The position numbers were made by a program, and so were the translations under genes. A DNA stretch of 32,000 bases from Nostoc punctiforme PCC 73102. GTDB taxonomy: Bacteria; Cyanobacteriota; Cyanobacteriia; Cyanobacteriales; Nostocaceae. Below the pieces are notes generated by a model. That model worked only from the letters and a program-made list of their open reading frames with translations. It made no database searches and was not told the origin of the DNA. Below are positions 15,990 through 23,754 of the stretch, in pieces; within the stretch, counting starts at the first letter, position 1; the number at the start of each line of letters is the position of its first letter. The stretch lies in NCBI RefSeq assembly GCF_000020025.1, contig NC_010628.1:3570001-3602000 (forward strand), read 5' to 3'.

Positions 15990-18900
15990 TCAAGAATGGG
16001 AATTAATTGACAATACGATTGTAAATTTTGCTCCTTGCCCAGGTTTGCTTTGAGCTGCGATCTGCCCATGATGACGCTCAATTATTTTTCGGCAGATCGC
16101 TAAACCTATGCCAGTGCCTTCGTATTCAATGCTACTATGCAAACGTTGAAAAACATTAAAAATTCGATCGAGATATTTTTCATCAAAACCAATCCCATTA
16201 TCTTCTACGATGATTTGACACACTTCAGAATTACTGGATATGTTATCTGCTTGATTGTTTAATATTTTACTATAGATTTTTATGACTGGTGGTATTTGTG
16301 GGCGATGGAATTTGAGGGCGTTACCAATCAGGTTTTGCAACAATTGACGCATCTGTATAGGATCGGCTTGAATGGTGGGTAACTCTCCTATTTCTACACT
16401 TCCTCCAGTTTGCTGCACATAAATTTCTAAATCAGACAATACTTCTTGGGCAATCTTTGTCAGATTTACTGATACAAAAGGTTGGGCTCTAGTAGTGACT
16501 CGTGAAAGTGTTAACAAGTCTTCAATTAATGTCTGCATTCTTGATGCAGCATTCTGCATTCGTTCTAGATAGTCACGTCCTTGTTCGCTCAAGGTGTCGC
16601 CACAGGTGCTTTTGAGCCGATCGCCAAAAGTTTTAATTTTACGCAGTGGCTCTTGCAAATCGTGGGAGGCGACAAATGCAAATTGTTTTAGTTCTTCATT
16701 AGAACGGGTGAGTTCTTTCCTCTGCCGAGTTTCTTGTTCTAGGATGAGGCTCTGAGTTGAGGCAATACCTATTTGATCTGCTAGCTGTCGCAAAAGTTCA
16801 ATTTCCCAGCTAGTCCACTGGCGGGGATGGGCGCATTGATGGGCAATTAGCAGCCCCCACAGCTGATTTTTGAGGAAAATCGGGACTACAAGGTTGGCTT
16901 TAACAGCGAATCGTTGCAACAATTCGACGTGGCAAGGTTGGATATCAGCTTCTTTGATATCGTTAATGACATTAATTTGTCCTTGGCGGTACTGCTCAAT
17001 ATAATCATCGCGAAAGCAAGGGTCGGTAATTTGCTGCCCCAGTACAACAGGTAAACCAGGAACTATTGCCTCTTGAACCGCTATGAAAGAGCCATTTGGC
17101 TGTAGGCGCAAGATTAATACTCGGTCGGCAAGCAGTAGCTTTTGCACTTCTTTGACACTGGTTTGCATAATTTCATCGATTTGTAAAGACTGACGAATTT
17201 TTAGGGTGATATTAGCGAATAGTTGCGATCGCAAATTTTGGAGTTCTAATGCTGCTTGGGCACGATCGCGATCGCATAGTACGGCTTGCCGTTCGCTTAT
17301 ATCCATCATCGCGCCCATCATCCGCACTGGTTTACCTGTTTGGTCATGAACGACATAACCGCGATCGAACATATAGGCATAAGAACCATCGCTGCGACGA
17401 AAACGGTATTCATCTGACCAGAATTGTTCACCGCTATCTATCAGTGCCCGCGCTTGGGAGGCGATTCTCTGCCTGTCGTCTGGATGTATATGTTCATACC
17501 ACCAATTAGCAGTGAATGTTATTTGCTCTTTCGAGTAACCCAAAAGTTTTTCTAAAGCTTGATTCCACCACACCTCATCAGTCAGCAAATCCCAGTCCCA
17601 TAAAAGATCGTTGGTAGCATGGGCGACTATTTGGAAACGTTCTTCGCTCTGACGCAGTTGTTCTTCCGCCAGTTTCCGTTCAGTGATATCTGTATGGCAA
17701 CTTGTCATCCGCACAATATTACCATCTTCATCCCACACTGCCTGACCGCGATCCAAAACCCATTTATAGGTGTTATCTTTGCACCGGACTCGATGTTCGC
17801 TGATAAAAAACGGGGTAATCTTAGCAAAGTGATCGGCGATCGCTTGTCTGACAAATCCAATATCATCTGGATGTACTCGTGTTGCCCATTCGTCTAAATG
17901 ATTGGAAATTTCATGTTCTGCGTAACCAAGCATTTCTTTCCAGCGAGTAGAGAAATACACTTGATTATTTTTAACGTTCCAGTCCCAAATGCCATCATTA
18001 TTGCCTTGCACAGCTAACTGGCAACGTTCTTCGCTTTCTTTGAGTGCGTCTTCCACCCGTTGGCGCTCAACGGCTGTAGCGATAACATTGGCAACAGCTT
18101 GGAGAAAAGAAATGTCATCTTTGCTAAAAGTGTGGTGTCTGGTTGTGTGTGCCCCAAAGACACCAAAAGGGCGCTTTTTACCATGAATCACTACGCTAAT
18201 GCCGCTCACTACTTGATGCTCATGTAGCAGTGGTGGCCCATTGAATCGCATTTCAGCACGGAGATCGTCAACAATCACTGGTTCGTTGCAAAGCAGAGTG
18301 TAACCAGCTTGAGAATTTATCCCAGCACTAACAGTCGCCTTTCCTACAAGTCCAGGTTGCCAACCGACTCCGGCGCGTAACAGCAATCTACGATCGTCTG
18401 GCAATAGTTCCAAAATTTTGCAAAACTCAACTTTGAGGCATTGGGCGACGATTGTTACAGATGAGTTCATCAGTGTAGTCAAATCTGTACCAGCTAGAGC
18501 AATTTGACTTAGTTCTGCCACCATTGCTTGCTGGTTAGCATGAACTTCTAGGGCCTCCTCTGCTTGCTTGCGCTTGGTGATATCTATGTATACCCCAGAT
18601 ATTTGCACAGCTATACCAGACGTATCTACAAAGACAACTCCTTTGTTTGCTAAAAAACGAATTTTCCCATCGGGTAAAATAACTCGAAATTCAATTTCAT
18701 ATTTGGCTCTATCCTCAATAGCTTGCTGATGCGATCGCCTGACGAAATCGCGATCGTGGGGATGGATGCAGTGGAGAAAAGTTTCATAGGTGTAGTTGAA
18801 AGTGCCTTTCTCTAAACCAAAAATTGCTTCTAGATTATCTGACCAAGTAATTTTGTTCGTCAGCAGATCCCAATTCCAAATGCCCATACGAGCAGCATCT

Positions 18901-19340
18901 AATGCCATCTTGAGTTGGACTTCCCGCAATTGTGCCTGTGCAGCTTGCTGTCGTAATTCCTGCATGGTATGACGGGCTTCCAAAAGACGGCGCAATCTTA
19001 GATGTAATATTGGCCATTGAATCGGCTTGGTAATAAAGTCAGTTGCACCCACAGCAAAAGCTTTATCTACGGTTGCCTGATCGGAAAAAGCAGTAATCAT
19101 TAACACTGGTGTGTTCTTGGCGTTGGAGAGTGCTTGCAGTTGAGCGCAGCAACTAAACCCATCCATCATCGGCATCATAATATCCAACAGTACTATATCT
19201 GGGTGGAGGCGAGTATAGATAGCGATCGCCTCTAGCCCGTTACTTGCTTCTTCCACCTGATACCCTGCATCTGTCAATTGCTTACACAGATGCATTCGCA
19301 TAAAATTGTCGTCGTCTACAACCAGAATCAGGTTAGTCAT
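15990..19340 (-). CDS. Multi-sensor histidine kinase REC-PAS-GAF-PAS-PAS-GAF(cyanobacteriochrome, DXCF type)-HisKA-HATPase
   Basis: 1116 aa. REC: ILVVDDD...IVLLDIMMPMMDG...TKP. Three PAS S-box-like segments (GIWNWDL, GIWDWNV, LLWDWDL). Two GAF domains. H-box FVASHDLQEPL, N-box LIGNALKF, G1 DNGIGF, G2 GTGIGLA. Confidence 0.9.
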   Translation of the reverse strand: MTNLILVVDDDNFMRMHLCKQLTDAGYQVEEASNGLEAIAIYTRLHPDIVLLDIMMPMMDGFSCCAQLQALSNAKNTPVLMITAFSDQATVDKAFAVGATDFITKPIQWPILHLRLRRLLEARHTMQELRQQAAQAQLREVQLKMALDAARMGIWNWDLLTNKITWSDNLEAIFGLEKGTFNYTYETFLHCIHPHDRDFVRRSHQQAIEDRAKYEIEFRVILPDGKIRFLANKGVVFVDTSGIAVQISGVYIDITKRKQAEEALEVHANQQAMVAELSQIALAGTDLTTLMNSSVTIVAQCLKVEFCKILELLPDDRRLLLRAGVGWQPGLVGKATVSAGINSQAGYTLLCNEPVIVDDLRAEMRFNGPPLLHEHQVVSGISVVIHGKKRPFGVFGAHTTRHHTFSKDDISFLQAVANVIATAVERQRVEDALKESEERCQLAVQGNNDGIWDWNVKNNQVYFSTRWKEMLGYAEHEISNHLDEWATRVHPDDIGFVRQAIADHFAKITPFFISEHRVRCKDNTYKWVLDRGQAVWDEDGNIVRMTSCHTDITERKLAEEQLRQSEERFQIVAHATNDLLWDWDLLTDEVWWNQALEKLLGYSKEQITFTANWWYEHIHPDDRQRIASQARALIDSGEQFWSDEYRFRRSDGSYAYMFDRGYVVHDQTGKPVRMMGAMMDISERQAVLCDRDRAQAALELQNLRSQLFANITLKIRQSLQIDEIMQTSVKEVQKLLLADRVLILRLQPNGSFIAVQEAIVPGLPVVLGQQITDPCFRDDYIEQYRQGQINVINDIKEADIQPCHVELLQRFAVKANLVVPIFLKNQLWGLLIAHQCAHPRQWTSWEIELLRQLADQIGIASTQSLILEQETRQRKELTRSNEELKQFAFVASHDLQEPLRKIKTFGDRLKSTCGDTLSEQGRDYLERMQNAASRMQTLIEDLLTLSRVTTRAQPFVSVNLTKIAQEVLSDLEIYVQQTGGSVEIGELPTIQADPIQMRQLLQNLIGNALKFHRPQIPPVIKIYSKILNNQADNISSNSEVCQIIVEDNGIGFDEKYLDRIFNVFQRLHSSIEYEGTGIGLAICRKIIERHHGQIAAQSKPGQGAKFTIVLSINSHS
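16761..17222 (-). other. Bilin-binding cyanobacteriochrome-type GAF domain (residues about 707-860 of the 1116-aa kinase)
   Basis: DPCF motif at 17013..17024 (Cys775). Canonical PCH at 16929..16937 (Cys803). Flanking signature: IRQSLQIDEI...DRVLILRL...VKANLVVPI...LWGLLIAHQC..PRQW...EIELLRQLADQIGIA. The Cys-Cys spacing is 28 residues. Confidence 0.8.
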
Positions 19341-19581
19341 TTGAGTTTATCCTGGGAGCGATCGCCCTTCCTTCCACATTTTCGCATTACTGGGAGGATG
19401 TCAACTAATCATTGCGATCGCACGATCAAAGAATGGGCAGAGGTAATTTAACCCAGCTTGTTGAAGTAGCGGACTCAAACCCATCTTCCGATTCCATAGC
19501 AGGAGTCATTTCCCCCTTGTCCTTTTCCCCACACCCAACCCCGTTGAATCCTACTCCTTTCTTTGTAGATTGCGGTTTTTG

Positions 19582-19800
19582 GCTAGCCCACAGCTAAATG
19601 TCATGAAAATTTGACATTTTTGCCAGCACTCAAAACTATGCTAGCCAGCAATGTCATGAAAACATGACAAGTCGATCCCAGAAAAGCTTATAAATTCGTA
19701 ATATAGTCAAAAAAGCCATAGAAACTACTTGATCCCTAGATATGCTTAGTGGTTAATATTGACTTAACAAACAGAACTTCTTCGATCCCAAAGAAATGCT
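19582..19800. repeat. Periodic (about 53-58 nt) degenerate direct repeats and short palindromes in the 643-bp divergent intergenic region
   Basis: gctagccNcagc..aatgtcatgaaaa occurs at 19582 and 19640. GATCCC-N3-5-AGA-N1-2-ATGCT-like units occur at 19674, 19731 and 19784. Palindrome AAATGTCA-N8-TGACATTT sits at 19596..19619, and ATGTCATG-aaaa-CATGACA at 19651..19669. Confidence 0.55.
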
Positions 19801-19983
19801 AATTTTGGCATAACCAGGAATTGCCTAGAAGTTAACTCAATTTAAAAACAGATTAAAAAACTTAAAACTGGGCAAAACCAGGAGTCAGGAATAAGAAATT
19901 CATCTGGATGTGGATGACCTTTTATATAGCATTCTTTAACCAGGGGAAATCATTTACCGCTTACACTACTGGAGGCCAAATTA

Positions 19984-21243
19984 ATGGCAAAAGAACGCCC
20001 GCCCCTAGAGGAGATGACCTTACGGCAACTACGAAGAGTTGCCAGCGAATATAGCATCTCTCGCTATAGCCGAATGCGTAAATCACAATTGCTGGCATCA
20101 ATTTTAGAAGTCCAGCGAAGCAAAACTTTGCTCAGTCCATCTCGTTCATTGGAGGCACAGGAAACCGTGGAAGCTGCTAAGTTTGAATTAGGTCAGGAAG
20201 ATCGTACAGGTGGATCTCTAGCTGATGTTGATGAAGGACTCGCAGATTTGCCTTCTGGCTATGGTGAAAGCCGGATTGTCCTCTTACCACGCGATCCACA
20301 GTGGGCTTACACTTACTGGGATATCCCCAATGAACATAAAGAGGAACTGCGCCGCCAAGGTGGACAACAACTCGCGCTACGGATTTATGATGTCACTGAC
20401 ATCAATATCGAATACCAAAGCCCCCACAGCATTCAAGAATATCCTGCTGATGAACTAGCTAGAGAATGGTATCTACCAGTTCCAGTTAGCGATCGCGATT
20501 ATGTGATAGATATCGGCTATCGTGCTGCTGATGGTCGCTGGTTAGTATTAGCTCGTTCTACTAGAGTACACATTCCCCCCGTCTATCCTTCAGACTGGAT
20601 TGAAGATGTCTTCATCACTGTCAACTTTGAAGAAGATTTGCGCGGTAAGACTCAGTACGAACTAGTTCCCCCCGCCAAGAAGATTGCAGCTACCACTAAT
20701 GGTAATGCTGTGAATACCAACGGCAATCCTATCTACGACCAAATCTTTGGTTTAGCCGAATCTGCCGAAGCGCTACGAGTTGCTGGTTCTATCTTCGGTT
20801 CTCAGCATCAAGTACCAGGTTCAGCGCGTCCTGAACAAGCCCTTAGTTCCTACATTTTCCCATCTGGTGTGGGTATGTGGGCAGTTCCCACTGTCTCAGG
20901 CTTAACCGCTTCCGGTGCAGGAATGTCAGGTGTTGGCTTCTCCGCTTCCGCCGTCCCAGTGCGTCCGCGCCAGTTCTGGTTAATTGCCGATGCTGAATTG
21001 ATAGTTTACGGTGCAACCGAACCCGATGCTACCGTAACCATTGGCGGCCGTCCAATTCAGCTAAATCCAGATGGGACATTCCGCTTCCAAATGTCCTTCC
21101 AGGATGGTTTAATTGACTATCCGATTCTGGCTGTAGCTGCTGATGGTGAGCAAACTCGGTCAATTCAGATGAAATTTAATCGTGAGACACCATCTCGGAA
21201 TACTAACACTAAAGAAGAGGCTGTTTTAGAATGGTTCTCTTAA
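19984..21243 (+). CDS. DUF4912-family protein with N-terminal Rho_N/SAP-like domain
   Basis: 419 aa. The N-terminus LRQLRRVASEYSISRYSRMRKSQLLASIL is Rho-termination-factor-N-like. The central segment RIVLLPRDPQWAYTYWDIP is a DUF4912-type signature. A GGAGG Shine-Dalgarno sequence lies 8 nt upstream. Confidence 0.75.
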   Translation: MAKERPPLEEMTLRQLRRVASEYSISRYSRMRKSQLLASILEVQRSKTLLSPSRSLEAQETVEAAKFELGQEDRTGGSLADVDEGLADLPSGYGESRIVLLPRDPQWAYTYWDIPNEHKEELRRQGGQQLALRIYDVTDINIEYQSPHSIQEYPADELAREWYLPVPVSDRDYVIDIGYRAADGRWLVLARSTRVHIPPVYPSDWIEDVFITVNFEEDLRGKTQYELVPPAKKIAATTNGNAVNTNGNPIYDQIFGLAESAEALRVAGSIFGSQHQVPGSARPEQALSSYIFPSGVGMWAVPTVSGLTASGAGMSGVGFSASAVPVRPRQFWLIADAELIVYGATEPDATVTIGGRPIQLNPDGTFRFQMSFQDGLIDYPILAVAADGEQTRSIQMKFNRETPSRNTNTKEEAVLEWFS

Positions 21244-21281
21244 GCTGTAATTAATTTCAGACTGAAATTTTAAATTATTCC

Positions 21282-21311
21282 CCGCTATAGTAATTCTGTA
21301 GCGGTTTTTTT
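21282..21311 (+). terminator. Rho-independent terminator after the DUF4912 gene
   Basis: CCGCTATA gtaattc TGTAGCGG followed by TTTTTTT. It ends 9 nt before the next ATG. Confidence 0.7.
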
Positions 21312-21319
21312 GCATTATT

Positions 21320-22246
21320 ATGTTAACCAAAAAATTATTTTTGTTATTTATCTCGATAATTGGTGCAAGCTTGTTATCAGGTTGTCAACAGATTGAAGCA
21401 AATCCAGTCCCCAAAGCATCTAAAACTTGCCCTGGCAAAGATCCTAAATTCAGTATTGATTTTTTTAAAACCAATAATCAAGGTAAAAAAAATTCCAGAG
21501 GTATTAACAATGTAATTATTTTTAATCCCAAATCAGCAGAATTAGATTTCAAAGTTAATGTTGGTCTATCTCATAAACTCTACGCCAAAGATGCCAGAGG
21601 TAAGCTGCGTAAAGAATACATTCCAAAACAGTTTCATGAACTCATCGGTGATGAGAATGCCAAATTAAACGGACAGCTACCAATTGCCGCAATTAATGCC
21701 GACTACATAGATACTGATAATCAGCCACAAGGTTTAAATGTCTCTCGTGGTATAGAGTATTCAGGAGCGTTTAAAAACAAGCGTTCTTCCTTTGGGATAT
21801 CAGGAGGTACACCTAACCAGAGGCAGGCTACTATCCAAGCTGGTAGAAGAAAAAACGATATTCTCAATTACAATTTAGTAGGCGGTAATGGCAGATTTTA
21901 TCGTCAGGGTAATTTTAAAGATATTTGTCAAGATTTGGGAGAATTTGCTTGTAAAAATGCAACTAATCGCTCTCTAGCAGCTATCACTACTCAAGGCTAT
22001 GTAATACTATTAGTTAATGACTTGAAAGCTAATTCAGAGATTGAATTATCTCAACTTAATCAAGAGTTACTGCCAGATATGTTTGATAATGTCCTACAAG
22101 GCATTGCTAGCAACAACTGTTTAGGTAATATTCAAGAAGGAATTTTATTTGATGGAGGTATGTCTCCAGGATTGTATTATAACCAGAAAACTTATGTAGA
22201 AAATCTTGGGCCAATTGGTTCAGTGTTTTTGATCTATAAAAAATAA
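21320..22246 (+). CDS. Lipoprotein, possibly phosphodiester glycosidase (NAGPA/DUF2233-like) family
   Basis: 308 aa. Signal peptide with lipobox: LFISIIGASLLSGC. Segments AINADYID..PQGLNVSRG, NLVGGNGRFYRQG, RSLAAITTQGYVILLVND and ILFDGGMSPG resemble conserved blocks of that family. The gene is visibly AT-rich. Confidence 0.7.
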   Translation: MLTKKLFLLFISIIGASLLSGCQQIEANPVPKASKTCPGKDPKFSIDFFKTNNQGKKNSRGINNVIIFNPKSAELDFKVNVGLSHKLYAKDARGKLRKEYIPKQFHELIGDENAKLNGQLPIAAINADYIDTDNQPQGLNVSRGIEYSGAFKNKRSSFGISGGTPNQRQATIQAGRRKNDILNYNLVGGNGRFYRQGNFKDICQDLGEFACKNATNRSLAAITTQGYVILLVNDLKANSEIELSQLNQELLPDMFDNVLQGIASNNCLGNIQEGILFDGGMSPGLYYNQKTYVENLGPIGSVFLIYKK

Positions 22247-22271
22247 ATAGAGTTTAAAATTATTAAGGTTG

Positions 22272-22299
22272 GTAGGGGTAATTTATGAATTACCCCTAC
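22272..22299. terminator. Bidirectional terminator hairpin between convergent genes
   Basis: Perfect 12-bp stem GTAGGGGTAATT tatg AATTACCCCTAC. The flanks are AT-rich rather than clean U-tracts (cttctattgtt after the stem on the + strand, caaccttaataatttt on the - strand). Confidence 0.7.
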
Positions 22300-22371
22300 T
22301 TCTATTGTTAGTTAAGATGATAAATGGATTTACGTCGTGCTGTAGTAGGTTTACTTCCATATAGCTAAACT

Positions 22372-22740
22372 TTAGAATACTGACTCTTTGACTTTTTGTA
22401 AATTCTCAAGCTTATTTGGATTTACCCAACGATTGACAAATTCGTGGTTATGTTTGTATACCTTGATTTGCACTTGTTTAGAACTTAACTGAACTACTTC
22501 GGCGGGAATTCTTTGGACATCGCTAGAATCTGCACGAGCCTTGTAAAGCCAAATGACTTTTTGCCCTACTTGAAAATAGTCAGAATTATTATTTGAAGAA
22601 GGCGTTTTTTCTGCCCAAGAGGGGAAAGCAATTACTAAGTTGATTAAAAGCACTAAGACTACTAGAGTGATTTGGAAAAGTTTCATGATCATTGCACTTG
22701 TCTTGGGTCTGCTGGGACAATCAATCTGCTGATCTAGCAT
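22372..22740 (-). CDS. Small secreted hypothetical protein; true start probably at 22692 or 22686 (M17/M19)
   Basis: The signal-like segment MKLFQITLVVLVLLINLVIAFPSWA begins at an internal Met. The mature part is about 80 aa with no recognised motif. Confidence 0.55.
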   Translation of the reverse strand: MLDQQIDCPSRPKTSAMIMKLFQITLVVLVLLINLVIAFPSWAEKTPSSNNNSDYFQVGQKVIWLYKARADSSDVQRIPAEVVQLSSKQVQIKVYKHNHEFVNRWVNPNKLENLQKVKESVF

Positions 22741-23270
22741 TTAGCCATTCTCCTTCTTGGTTTTATGAAAGTTTAAAGATAGGTACACCAAAATTTCTCT
22801 GGTAAATTTAGCGTTAGTTTGGTATTTAAGTTCTGGCAAGACACCTACTTTTATCTCATACGCAAAACTACACGCTATGGAGATAATACCCTGCCGGTAG
22901 TCTGTTGAAGAACTCGTAAAGTAGCTGCTTCTCTAGGTTCCCTGCGGGATGCTATACAAACGCGCAGCATGTCGCAGACAGACACTCCACGCACCTTGCT
23001 TCGACCTAAGAGTATGCGTCTACATAAATTGCCCCTACTGAAAAGAAAGATTTTCAGTATTGTTTGTGTAAGCCTTATAAAGTTCAAATCTCTACTGATT
23101 TCAGGATAAAGCGACTTATAGAATAAAATCAAATAGTCTTGTTTCTTAAAACGATAAGTTAAAGTTATGATAATGTTGTGATGCTTTGATTTGAGTTCAC
23201 AATCTCTATCTCAAGAGCAGTAGACGCAAAATAAGATTTTGTCGTAAAAATTGTTAATATATGGTGCTTT

Positions 23271-23506
23271 ATGAACTTTAATGTATATGACCCGTGTGTA
23301 AGCCGACTTGTGGCAAAGCAACCTAATATTGGCAAACTAATTTGTGCCCTACGGCAAGGGTTAAATATGTCTAAAGAAAGGTTTGCAGCCGAGTTTAGTG
23401 TTACTTCCCTAACAATTAACCCTTGGGAAATGGAGATGTAAGACCTTATCCCTTAAGAATAGAGCGAATTAATAATCTACTCAAGGAGTTAAGCGAACGA
23501 GGTTAA
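23271..23506 (+). pseudogene. XRE-family helix-turn-helix protein split by a 1-nt frameshift
   Basis: Frame 1 gives MNFNVY...IGKLICALRQGLNMSKERFAAEFSVTSLTINPWEMEM* (23271..23441). Adding one A to the run at 23428..23430 restores ...INPWENGDVRPYPLRIERINNLLKELSERG*, ending at 23506. That restores the canonical W-E-N-G-x3-P motif. Confidence 0.6.
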
Positions 23507-23754
23507 ATTTTTAAGAAAATAGACTTCCGATAAGAGGAGTAGGCATTGTGAGTTCTGAATAAGAATTGACCTTGTTTGGTAGCTTGGAATATCAGTCATA
23601 TAAAGCTGACAATCGAAGAGAGCTAAAACAGCAACTTGTCCTTAATTGTATATGCCTTTGAATATCCTCTAAAATGATTAGTTAGGAGCATCAACGTCTA
23701 ATTTAGAGGGATTTTGAGAAAAAGACGACCACAGATGTAGCCTGTAACCGACGC

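Noticed and set aside
19412-19597. 61-aa ORF just upstream of the CBCR kinase.
   Set aside because: It has a non-ATG start, a Pro/Ser-rich translation and lies in promoter DNA. It is probably spurious.
22875-23132. 85-aa minus-strand ORF.
   Set aside because: It runs through dispersed-repeat sequence. The Arg/Leu-rich translation has no motifs.
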